The translations under genes and the position numbers were made by a program. From Lytechinus pictus (taxonomy: Eukaryota): DNA of 64,000 nt. The stretch spans positions 11,718,001-11,782,000 of the forward strand of contig NC_087250.1 in the NCBI RefSeq assembly GCF_037042905.1, given 5' to 3'. The first letter of the stretch is position 1. Each line of letters begins with the position of its first letter. This document shows, piece by piece, positions 50,901-61,547 of the stretch. The notes under the pieces are model-generated. The model had not been told where the DNA came from, made no database searches, and was given only the letters and a program-made list of their open reading frames with translations.

Positions 50901-52915
50901 GAAAAAGACAACATCAATACGTTTAAGGAGAATGAAACCTTTGGAACAAGATAGCTTGTGTGAAAACAGAAAAAATCCAAGAAACAGATCAACGAAACTT
51001 TGAGAAAAATCGAACAAATAATGAGAAAGTTATGAGCATTTCAATATTGCGATCACGAATGCTATGGAGATCCTCACATTGGCAATGCGACAAAGATGTG
51101 TGATGTCACTTGTGAACAACTCTCACCATTACTTTAGTATTCACTTAAACTGCCTTTTTTATCACATCTATCAGTAAATCATGTGTTCTTTCTATAAGAG
51201 GGCATGTATAATACAGATTAAAAAAAATACCTCATGGATAAAGAGTTTGTATCACCTTACGAAAAAAGCAAAACGAGACATTTTGGGGGTATTTTAAAGT
51301 CCATCAAAGGGAAAGTTGTTCACATTGGACATCACACATCCTTGTCGCATTGCCGACGGGATGATCTCAATAGCATTAGTGATTGCAATATTCAAATGCT
51401 CATAACTTTCTCATTATTTGTCCGATTTTTCTCAAACTTTCTATGTTCTTATTCTTTGATTTTTCTGTTTCGACACAAGCCTATTTGTTCCAAAGGTTTC
51501 ATTCCCCTTTAATATATATATATATATATTATCGCCTGCGACAGTTGCTAAGTGTTTAATTTCATTTAAGATGTAGGGTAGGGGTTGCAAATGTTTTTAT
51601 GTTCGGTTTAGGATTATGTTTAGGGTATAGTGTTAAACTCCGTGTTGAAGTTGGTCATTCGATTAGTGTGTGGAATTTAGAGCTGAGCAAACGGGTGATT
51701 TCAAGTTTAGTGTTGACCTTTTGTTGTTGGTGTTACCAAACATAAAATGCAGATGGTCCCGAAATGTCACTCACCAGTTGTTGAGATGTGTTGAGATGTC
51801 AATAATGTGATCTGGATCAGTATTACAAACTCTGAATAAGTTTTGGAAATAGGGGAAGGAATCAAAATTCCAACACCAGCACCAACACCAAGGCCAACAC
51901 CGGACTTGAAATCACGATCGTCGCCGGTGCAGTCGTCATGGAACCTAAGTATTATACCTGTTTATCCATTTTCAGAAGCGTCCTACGCATATGAATGCAA
52001 GAAAAAGATCATTCCGGTGAAAGTGGCGGACGACTTCAAAGCTTCTGGCTGGCTAGGGGGTATTACTGCAGGGAAGATATACTACATCGTGCAAAAACCC
52101 GAGCTCGTCTCAAAGATACTACCTAGCATTATAGAAAAGGAGTTCACAGCGCAGAGAGATATCGTTCAGAATACAATAGCTGTTACGCCAGGTATTTATC
52201 ATGCTTCGTTTCATAAACCTATTTGCTATCAGAAATAGACTGACACACACAAACACACACACACAAGGAAGAAGGGGAAATGCGTGTGTAAAACAAATTG
52301 GGGGAGACAGAGGATATACAGAGAGAAGAAAAGAGAGAGCGAATGAGTGCGAACATGAAAAGCAAAGTTCTCCATACGTTTATATTTCAGGTGAATGGTT
52401 AATCAACAATTCTCTACGATATGCTATCTGATCATGCTGATAGAACAACTTTCCTTGATTTTCGTCCTCTGTGTAGCACTGTTACTGCTACATATGTCGG
52501 ATATAAACCTGACAATTCCTTTCTTGAAACGCGCACCTAATTTTCACGGCTCGAAAATAAAATATTTAGCCAATGTGAACTTGAATTATTGCAACGCACA
52601 TTTTACTACCTATTTTTTTTCTGCGTTTCCTCTTCGTTGACAGGTCTTCCACCGCCAGACCAGGAACTGAAGCCGCCTCAATTAGTTTCTCAAGTACCCG
52701 GATGGGACGCTAAGAGGGTCCAGGATTGGCTAGCAGAAAACAACGTCACGACACGAAACAAGGCACTGAAAGCGTTCAATGGAGTCCAGTTGCTACAGCT
52801 TAAGAAACAACTGTCTACAGCGCCCCCAACTTTCTATCAGTGTATGAAAGATGATCTTAAGGTTCCATACCCCGATGTCCTTTCGCTTGCAGCTGCACTG
52901 GAGAATCTTGATTAG
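47989..52915 (+). CDS. Myristoylation-motif ARM-TIR-SAM protein copy 4, divergent (708 aa): join(47989..49249,49642..49917,50293..50394,51976..52191,52644..52915)
   Basis: MGSAASSRKSR start; donors and acceptors at homologous positions (A|GTaagt 49249, AG|49642, 49917|GTaagt, AG|50293, 50394|GTaact, AG|51976, 52191|GTattt, AG|52644); 1261+276+102+216+272=2127 nt. Exon 3 (not in ORF track) reads MGDKIGAMSEAVENADMVIACITRGYQDSQDCRT. Confidence 0.93.
50923..51512. mobile_element. MITE with long TIRs and TTAA flanks (Kolobok-like) in intron 3 of copy 4
   Basis: ttaa-ggagaatgaaacctttggaacaa... / ...ttgttccaaaggtttcattcccct-ttaa; inverted symmetry extends more than 150 bp. Confidence 0.8.
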
Positions 52916-55128
52916 TCACGTGGTATTTGCCGTGAAGGGTCACCTGATAAGAGCATGGCGAATCGCGTCTTATTTTAGTAATAACCTGGCGAGCCCAAAC
53001 AGACATGGAAATACTGTTATAATAGGTTTTATTTTGTCAGACTACGCCTCACGAATATTCATAGACACGAAATGTAAAGATATAGACTATCGAAGCGATG
53101 ACGTCAGCTACCATGGTGTCATGGCGACCAGGTTCTAAACAAATGAATTCCCCCGAATGAAAGCGTGTGTTTCTCATTGGAGAAAAGGGCTGCTATCAGA
53201 ATTTGATCACTTGCAACCTATTTTTCAGACGAGCCAAAGTGTACAGACGACCGTCAGCTGCGACTCTGTTTAGAACCAGCCCGCCATGACACCATGGCAA
53301 CTGACGTGACACTTCCGTTTTCTATAGCGTAATTTCCGACGCAGCGATTGGTGTGGTGCGATCACTGCAGTCAAACCATTGACGAAGGTTACAGTCTCGC
53401 CTTGAACGATTTTTGTTCAAACACATAAATTGAGGCAAGACTCTGAAAAAGTATAAAGTGCACGATTTGAGGTCTTATTCAAAGCCTTAAAAAATAGAGT
53501 TTCGGCTTCCCTATGTTACGGGAAAGAAGGCGCTGGCGGATCCAAGAGGGCGGAGGGGAGCGCATGTGACCTGGTGAATATGGGGTACACGCAGACACCA
53601 TTATGAATGGCAATATACCCTTCCATTTCATAATGGCATCACAATCTCATGGCGGCATCCCTTTGGCGATAAAGGAATACGCGTAAACGGAATTGGGTAA
53701 AGATGGGGCTTTATCAAGACCAAGAAAAAAGGGAAAGGGAAAGAAAAAGAAATAGAGAAGGGTAAAATATAATAATATTTAATAATATAATAATATTTTC
53801 CGAATATTATGTCAAAATCGATCACAAAATTGATTTTTTTAAATAAAAATATCGATTTTGTTTGCTTGCTGGCTCGCAATTTTTGTCATGATACTCCATA
53901 TTTTAATAGCCCCCCTCCCCATGTTCGTGGCTCATTACGCCACTGCAACTTTGCAAGGCAATGCTTTTAGTCTCGAAGATTGTGTTCCGATGACGTCACT
54001 GCGTAAGATCTACTAATTAAATTGTACGATATTATTGTGCATATCCATGCTTTACGTTCACTAATACCAACTGAGTTATGTGCAATGGCCAATGTGTGAT
54101 TAGAGAGGACAAGCTATTAAATGCTTGAATTTCACCAGGGCGCCGTCTGACAAAGAGTTACGATTGATCCAATCATCAGGGGCCCATTTCATAAAGAGTT
54201 GCTATCATAGCAAGTTGCTATCATAGCAACTCTGGTAGAATAGCAGCTTTTACTTGCTATGCTAGCAACTTGCTATGCTAGCAACTTTGCATTTCATAAA
54301 AGCACATTCGCTGGAAAGTCAGCTTGACTTTCCAGCTATTTATTTGAATAGTCATGTACGAGGCTGATTAGGGGGAAATCCCCTTTCTCTCCAGTTTTTT
54401 GTTTTAAGATAGATAAGATAAGATAAGATATTTATTCGTCTTTCTTTCTGCACATACATTTTATCTTACAAGTATGATTTCACATTCTACAAATGAAAAA
54501 AATCAATTAACCATAAATCATTGTTACAGTAGAAAAAAAGAAACATAGCAAATAACTAAACGTATTGAGAGAAAGACAAGGAGAACCCCTGAAAAAGCAA
54601 GGCTTGTAAGGCTAGGGTCTCCTTTGCTTCAAGTACATGACTGAATAGTATTCAGTGTTGACATGTAATATCTTTAAAAATACAAAAGAAAAAAAAAATG
54701 CAACAATAAAACAAAAAAGACAAACTAAAACTAATCAATGACAAAAAACACACACTAATAGAATACATTGTTTGAATGTACAGTTATGAAGTCTAATAAA
54801 CTAACAACAATATGATATAATTAAGTGATATATGATGGAAGAGGAAATAAGTATGGATAACATGGCATGAAAAAAGAGGACAATCGTATGTATAAATAAT
54901 AATAGTAAAGTAAAAAAACTAAACATGACAAAGGTAAAAGAAACACAAGAAAATAATACAAAAGGAAAAAAACATGGGCTGACCCTCTGCAGAATAATCC
55001 AGTTAGACAAGATACAAGATAAATATATATTGATATATCATAACATTCTCCAGTCTTATATACAGTTTTTTAGGCTTCAAAATTAAAAATAACATAGTAT
55101 ATAAAAGCATATCTTAACCTAGAGCAAT

Positions 55129-58125
55129 TCACAAATAACAATTAAGAAGATAACCTTTAAGTACACGCTGAAAAGTATAAATGCTTACCGATTTTTTTAT
55201 ATTTGAATTGAGAGAGTTCCAGAACCTGGGTCCTGTATTTACAACTGTCCTAAAAGCAGAACTTGTATGTAACTTGGGTAAGTGGAATGCAGAAGCATTT
55301 CGTGTATAATAGTTATGTATGTCACTATTTTTCATGAACATTGTGACCAGAGCTGGTGGCATGATGCCTGCATTGTATGCATACATTAGAGTACCAAGTT
55401 GAAAATCATAGATATCTTGTAATTTTAGAATTCTCTGCTCATAAAAAAGTGGGGTAGTATGCGAGCGATAGTTAACATTACAAACAATTCTTAAAACTCT
55501 TTTCTGAATCAAGTACACCCTTTCTAGATTGGTTTTAAGAGAATTACCCCATGCAAGAACACCGTAATTGAGATACGGGAGAATTAGTGTTGAATACATC
55601 ATACAAAGAATATCAGTAGAGAAAAAGGATTTTAATTTGTATATTACACCACTATTTTTTGATAATGTCTTACATAGATGATTTATATGGGTTTTCCAAA
55701 TCAGTTTTTCATCTATATGCAACCCCAGAAATTTGGTCGTCTTTACTCTATCTATTAACACATCATTAAATATAACATCACCTGGAACTTCTCTTATCGT
55801 GTTGCTAAAGAGCATATAATTTGTTTTCTGCATATTTAGAGATAATTTATTTGCTTGAATCCACAAAGTGACTTTCCTCAGTTCACTATTAACTGTTTTT
55901 AAAAGGGTCTCAGGATTTCTGTGGGAATGATACAAACTTGAATCATCTGCAAATAAAATGAACGATAAAATATCAGAGGAATAGTGAAAATCATTAATAT
56001 ACACAATAAATAATAACGGACCAAGGAGGGATCCCTGGGGAACACCACAAGTGACATTCTGTAAACCTGACTCGGCATCCTTTATTGAGACAAATTGTTT
56101 CCTGTCAGCTAAGTAACTCTTGAACCAGTCCAATGATGTACCCCTGATACCATAATGTGATAACTTGCCAGTCAAAATATCATGATCTACTGTGTCAAAA
56201 GCTTTCGAATAATCAAGAAATATACCAATTGTATGCATCTTTTTGTCTATGGATTGTGATACTTTATCAATAAAATGTAGCAAGGCATGGGTGGTGGTAT
56301 GTTTCTCGCGAAAGCCAAACTGAAATTTAGAAAAAATATTACTCTTGTTGAAAAATTTCAAAGTTCTAACATAGATCACTTTCTCAAGAATCTTTGAGAA
56401 TGCAGTCAATAGAGAAATAGGTCTGTAATTATTCAGACATTGAGGGTCTCCTTTCTTAAAAATGGGTACGACCTTCGCAATTTTCATGTCAGTAGGAACT
56501 TTCCCACATGACATTGATAGATTAAAGACATGAAGTAGGGGTTGAATAATTCCTAAGATAATTTCTTTAATTAAGTTGTTAGAAACCCCATCATAACCAG
56601 GACTTTTCCCGTTTTTAAGAGATTTCACAATGGTAAGCAGTTCTTCCCGAACTACTGGTAAGAAAAATAAACTTTTACTATTTTGCTCTTTCATAAAATC
56701 TCTGTAAGTCTGCTGAGAAAGTGGCACTACCCGTGAAAGTTTTGGCCCAATGCTGCAAAAGTAATCGTTAAAGTTGTCTGCTATAATATTCCTTTCTTCC
56801 ACCACATGACCGTTAATTTCAATACTCTTTACATGAGATATCTTTTCCTTTGACTTGAATACTTTCTTAATCACTTTCCAAGTTCCCTTGATATCGTTTC
56901 TTGTTGCCTGAAATTGAGTGCGATAATATGATTTCTTTGCAGTACGAAGGACTGAAGTAAGCGTATTTTTATAATTTACATAACGTTTACGTGAAGATTC
57001 GGTACCACGCACTTTATACGAATAATACAGCTTGTTTTTCTTGTTAATGGATCTCAACAAAGAAGCACTAACCCATGGCATAATAGGAACATTTTTACGA
57101 TTTCTTCTACTTTGCTTTACAACTGGTACATTTTTATTATACAGAGACATGAATTTTTGTAAGAACCTTTTAAACGATATGTTCACATCATTTTCTTTAA
57201 GAACTTCACTCCAGTCCGTTTCTATCAAGGCTGCCCGCAGCTTTGCAATATTAGCGGAAGTGTTTTTCCGAATTGATTTGGATTCTTGTTTACAGACTTT
57301 ACCCAAGCTTAGACGAGCGAAGATTGGGAAATGATCTGAAATATCTGATACAATAATCCCTGAGGATGGAAAAGGTTGTTTATTACAGAAAATGTTATCT
57401 ATGAGCGTAGATGAAGTTTCAGTTACCCTTGTTGGTTTAATAATTAATGGCATTAAGGAAAAGGACAGCATCATATTAAGAAACGCATCATAATGATAGT
57501 TTTCATCACACTGAAGGAGGTTTATGTTATAATCACCCATTATGAACATTGTTTTGTTTACGAAAAGTGGGTTTGAAAGAATATTATGCATTTCGTTCAC
57601 AAAACTCTCTAAGTTACTCTGAGGGGGTCTATACACAACTCCAAATAAAACATTTCTTTTTCCTGGAATGAAGCACTCTGCGAATATTGATTCCATATGC
57701 TCAGCCATCATATTTAGCTCATCCCTTAATTGAAAGTCCACTGAATCTGGAATATATAAAGCAACTCCACCTCCTTTTTTAGCATATCTATGATTAGACA
57801 CAAGATTATGACCAGGAATATGATAAAGATTTAAGTCATTCTCACTCGAGAACCAGGTCTCAGTGACTCCAATCACTGCTTTACTATCTTCAAATTTTTC
57901 AATTAGTGTACTAAATGCATCAAAGTTCCTAGGCATACTTCTCATATTTAAATGCAAGACAGTAGCAATTTCAAGATTGTCTCGAAAACTATTAATAAAC
58001 TGATTTTCTGAATAGTATTGACAGTTAATTGCAGAAGCATGTCCTAAATCATCAGTATCACTAAGCTCTAGTATTCTTGAATTATTTTCTAAGGAGCTAC
58101 AAATGGCTTCTTCTATACTAATCAT
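55129..58125 (-). CDS. LINE ORF2: apurinic-like endonuclease plus reverse transcriptase (CR1/L2 group, Crack/Daphne-like)
   Basis: 998-aa open frame; endonuclease motifs HLNMRS, GVTETW, GGGVALY, YRPP, GDYN, TLIDNIF, SDH; RT motifs YRPISLL, QFGFR, FLDYSKAFDTVDH, GVPQGSLLGPLLF, FADD, KFLG. Confidence 0.96.
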   Translation of the reverse strand: MISIEEAICSSLENNSRILELSDTDDLGHASAINCQYYSENQFINSFRDNLEIATVLHLNMRSMPRNFDAFSTLIEKFEDSKAVIGVTETWFSSENDLNLYHIPGHNLVSNHRYAKKGGGVALYIPDSVDFQLRDELNMMAEHMESIFAECFIPGKRNVLFGVVYRPPQSNLESFVNEMHNILSNPLFVNKTMFIMGDYNINLLQCDENYHYDAFLNMMLSFSLMPLIIKPTRVTETSSTLIDNIFCNKQPFPSSGIIVSDISDHFPIFARLSLGKVCKQESKSIRKNTSANIAKLRAALIETDWSEVLKENDVNISFKRFLQKFMSLYNKNVPVVKQSRRNRKNVPIMPWVSASLLRSINKKNKLYYSYKVRGTESSRKRYVNYKNTLTSVLRTAKKSYYRTQFQATRNDIKGTWKVIKKVFKSKEKISHVKSIEINGHVVEERNIIADNFNDYFCSIGPKLSRVVPLSQQTYRDFMKEQNSKSLFFLPVVREELLTIVKSLKNGKSPGYDGVSNNLIKEIILGIIQPLLHVFNLSMSCGKVPTDMKIAKVVPIFKKGDPQCLNNYRPISLLTAFSKILEKVIYVRTLKFFNKSNIFSKFQFGFREKHTTTHALLHFIDKVSQSIDKKMHTIGIFLDYSKAFDTVDHDILTGKLSHYGIRGTSLDWFKSYLADRKQFVSIKDAESGLQNVTCGVPQGSLLGPLLFIVYINDFHYSSDILSFILFADDSSLYHSHRNPETLLKTVNSELRKVTLWIQANKLSLNMQKTNYMLFSNTIREVPGDVIFNDVLIDRVKTTKFLGLHIDEKLIWKTHINHLCKTLSKNSGVIYKLKSFFSTDILCMMYSTLILPYLNYGVLAWGNSLKTNLERVYLIQKRVLRIVCNVNYRSHTTPLFYEQRILKLQDIYDFQLGTLMYAYNAGIMPPALVTMFMKNSDIHNYYTRNASAFHLPKLHTSSAFRTVVNTGPRFWNSLNSNIKKSVSIYTFQRVLKGYLLNCYL

Positions 58126-58503
58126 TTGGATGTTGAGTATACAATTTCAAGTGAAATCTAACTGTTTGCGCCATAAAGAACATGTCAGCATGAAAAGGAA
58201 GATTGTCAAGATACACACATACTATATAAGAGAAAAACATACAATAATGTATATCAAATAAGATGAACATATTATATAAATTACAAATGCAAATGAAAAA
58301 AAGAAAAAGATGATTAGAGATTGCAATAGAAATAACAATGAAAGAAAAAAAACACAAATGAAAATTAAAAGGAAAGTTGAATGGAAAAAAAAAGAAGTAA
58401 CTTTGGGTAGTCATGGGATTTGGCTTGCAAGGAAATAACCCTTTTTTTTTCAAAGTGGGAAAATAGGTCAGCATGATATTCTACAATAGACATTAATTAC
58501 AAT

Positions 58504-59265
58504 TCAAAGCTTCAAAATATCATCATCACATGTGATGAGTTTTTTCGTAAGTCCGCCTCCGGTGTTCTTAAGTCCAGCGAAAATTTTTCCATCGTTGCTC
58601 CAAGACCGCTCAACTTTCGGTGAGTGACGAACATTGAAAAGAAGCTTCTGTCTTGTGGGAGTCAGATCATCATTAACAAAGATTTTTGAACCCTTCAACT
58701 TTGATCTGGCTCCCATAATACGAGCTCGGGTGCGGAGGCTGGAAAACTCCACTAGCAGTTGACGAGGAGAACTTCTTCTTGCTCCCTTGTCTACTAGAGG
58801 ACCCAGTCGATGACATCGGACAAAGTCGGATGAAGTCACGTTGACCCCCATCCTCCTGCCAATGTCAATGACAGCCTCCTCTGGATCTTCATCTTTCACC
58901 TCTGGAACTCCTTGGATCCTGATGTTGCGTGACCTGGATTTTTGCTCCAGGTCATCAATTCTTTGCTCTAAGACTGCCACCTTTTCCACAGATTTCTTTT
59001 CCGCCTCCTTATGTAGCTGTATCTCTGACTCCTGGGCCTTTATCCTCCCCTCAAGCTCCATGATCTGGCCCTCCTGCATCTCTAGCCGGGTGATGATTGC
59101 AGACATTGCCTCCGTAACCGCATCTTGTACAAACTTTTTTAATTGACTGCTTTTCTCGAGCTTGTCGATGACAAGCTGGGCAATGTCGTCAGATTCCCTT
59201 TTTGTTGGCATATTAAAAAATATGGGTTTATAATGAGATGAAAAGTGGGAAATAATCAACAACAA
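58504..59265 (-). CDS. LINE ORF1 (coiled coil plus L1-ORF1-like RRM and C-terminal domain)
   Basis: Heptad-rich N half then LEQKSRSRNIRIQGVPE...CHRLG...PRQLLVEF...IFVNDDLT, immediately upstream of ORF2 on the same strand; true start may be the internal MPTKRES. Confidence 0.9.
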   Translation of the reverse strand: MLLIISHFSSHYKPIFFNMPTKRESDDIAQLVIDKLEKSSQLKKFVQDAVTEAMSAIITRLEMQEGQIMELEGRIKAQESEIQLHKEAEKKSVEKVAVLEQRIDDLEQKSRSRNIRIQGVPEVKDEDPEEAVIDIGRRMGVNVTSSDFVRCHRLGPLVDKGARRSSPRQLLVEFSSLRTRARIMGARSKLKGSKIFVNDDLTPTRQKLLFNVRHSPKVERSWSNDGKIFAGLKNTGGGLTKKLITCDDDILKL

Positions 59266-60494
59266 AAAAACAGATTGTTGAAAATTAATGCGAGTGAAGG
59301 CTGCAGCGGAGGAAAAGACCCAAGTGAAAGGACAGGTTTATTTGAACAGCAAGAGCATTGATAGGGTAGTACTCTGTTTTGAAGCGAAGACTATGTCTAC
59401 AGGAATGGAATGTTAACTAATAGCTACACAAGGACATTTCTACACGTTGATCCACTTTCACTTTCACGAACATTTCTAGCTCCAGGTATCACAAAAAGTC
59501 CAAGGTGTGGGACTGTAGTAAGAAGTTCCTTGCAAGACCCATGAGAAATCCAACAAAAATACACATAAAGTTTCTACATTCTGATAGTAGCTTATATCAA
59601 CACAGATGTCACAATGATGGCATCTATTAGCTGCACAACATATGAAGTGTGAAGTATGAAGACTTAAACTGGAAAAAAAGATTTTTTGTAGACACTTTAC
59701 GAGCACATGGCAGAGTGAGCTCAGTTTTCAATTCAAGTCATAAGTTTTGGTAGAAAGCACTGGCGGATCCAGGGGGGGGGGGGGCACAGCCGGCCCGTGC
59801 CCCCCCCCACCTTTGAGAAGCAAAATTAGAAGAAGAAAAATTGAAAGAGAATATTATTATTTTTTTGCTTATTAATTTTTTCGGGAGCGAAATAATTATT
59901 TAGCATCTGCAAACAGGGTCTGCAGCATAAGACTAGCAGTTGAAGCAGAGTGATGGCTCTATGGCGATAGTTTGCAATTCTAGAAGAGAGTAAGAAGAAA
60001 ATATCTATTTGTCACAGGATGGCATAGCATTGTTTCTCCATTGTGTAAGTTTTCAGAGAATTGATTTCATTTAGCCCTATGCCAGGGAAAAAAATATTTT
60101 AAAAAGGGGGAAAATTTATTATTATTGCCGGTCGAAATTTCACCTTCAACAAATTTTCTACCGTACAAGTTTAATCCCAGTCCCACACTTGACTATTTGT
60201 GTCGGTAATGCAAGGTTGTATCAACAACAAGGCAGGCGGCGGCCCACTGCTGGTGCACCGTGCAGTGCTGTATGATCACCCTGAAGCAAGTAAATTTGTA
60301 GACTCTAATTATGCATGAAACATCGAAAATGACCTTAAAAGATTATTTTAGTTAAAAATGGAAATTATTTTTAAGTTATCGGTTTCAACGGTGAATAACC
60401 ATTTAGTAAATGGATTCAACAATGCCATGGCCACAACTTTTTTTTTTGGAGAAAGTCAGAAACGGAAAGAAAAGCAATCATTTTTTATCGCATA

Positions 60495-60850
60495 CATTCG
60501 TAATTCCGAAGCTTCATTATTCCGAAGGTTCGTTAGTCCGAAAACGAAGTGAGGTTCGTAATTCCGAAAGTTCGTTAATCCGAAAACGAAACGGTTAACG
60601 AACGTTATTTCGTTTTCGGACTAACGAACCTTATTTCGTTTTCGGATTAACGAACCTTCGGAACAACGAACCTTATTTCGTTCTTGGATTAACGAACCTT
60701 CGGAACATCAAACCTTATTTCGTTATCGGATTGTCGAACCTTCGGAATAACGCCACAAATGTTCGGATTAACGAACCCTTTTACGTTTTCAGATTAACGA
60801 ACATCGAGGTATAGGCAATTTACGTGTTTCGGAATTACGAAGTGTAACCT
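60495..60850. repeat. Fold-back element built of TTCCGAA / TTCGGA(A/T) subrepeats
   Basis: ttcgtaattccgaa ... ttcggaattacgaa inverted ends; internal ttcgttttcggattaacgaacc repeats. Confidence 0.75.
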
Positions 60851-61547
60851 TTTTTATGGCCTAGGGCTTTTTTAATTTAGGCCTTGAATTAAACACTTCC
60901 ACATAATAGATCTACCTTCCTCTATTTTTTCTCACAAGAAAAAAAATCCTCTCAATTTTTTTTTTTTTTTAAATGTCTATAACCTCCCTTTTTTTCCCTT
61001 TGCCTGCCCTGGGAAAGACTGAAAAATTTGCTGTTTCGGAGGGGGGGTAGGTAGAACAAAAAAAAGAAACAGCATTTCTACTAGAAAGCATTACATTAAT
61101 ATTTTTTTATTAGCATTATCATAGACATTGCTCTAGATATCCGTTCTCTTGTAAGAGCCATTTGGGCATGCCTGAGCACAACGTACACCATTCTTAACAA
61201 TGAAAAACCCTTTACAGTGTCAACTTGACGCTCCCCCATGACCAGCGTCAAATATTTAACCCTATTTGACGCTCCAGTAACCATACTTGTCGCTCCAGTA
61301 AAAAGTTGACGCTCCTACTGGAGCGTCAACTTTTTATGAAATGCGCTGCAGCGTCAAATATTTAATTTGACGCTGCAGGTGAAAATTTGACGCTGTTTTG
61401 GGACTTGACGCTGACGCTGTACCTTTATGAAATAGGCCCCTGAACTGTATGGAAATCCATCAACACCACAATCTTTTTTTCAGGAAATTTGCACAATCTC
61501 CTTAGTAAACAAAAATAATCTTACTGAATCTCCAAGCAAACGGGGTA

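Larger units (their letters stand above)
54405..59330 (-). mobile_element. Apparently full-length two-ORF non-LTR retrotransposon
   Basis: ORF1 and ORF2 intact; 3' UTR stem-loop ggagaccctagccttacaagccttgctttttcaggggttctcc (about 54580-54622, minus), AATAAA and (TATCT)n tail at about 54405-54437; 5' boundary approximate. Confidence 0.9.
54177..61442. mobile_element. Non-autonomous TIR DNA transposon (PIF/Harbinger-like termini) hosting the LINE
   Basis: CAGGGGCCCATTTCATAAAG (54177-54196) and CTTTATGAAATAGGCCCCTG (61423-61442) are 19/20 inverted; an inner GCATTTCATAAAA / TTTTATGAAATGC pair; subterminal GTTGCTA repeats left and TTGACGCT repeats right; it splits a MITE. Confidence 0.75.

Noticed and set aside
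54371-54383. NF-kB-like sites GGGGAAATCCCC (and GGGAAAATTTCC near 3508)
   Set aside because: Inside transposon sequence, far from the inferred starts, not shared among copies
58118-58474. 118-aa Phe-rich ORF between LINE ORF1 and ORF2
   Set aside because: Low-complexity T-rich spacer with no recognisable motifs
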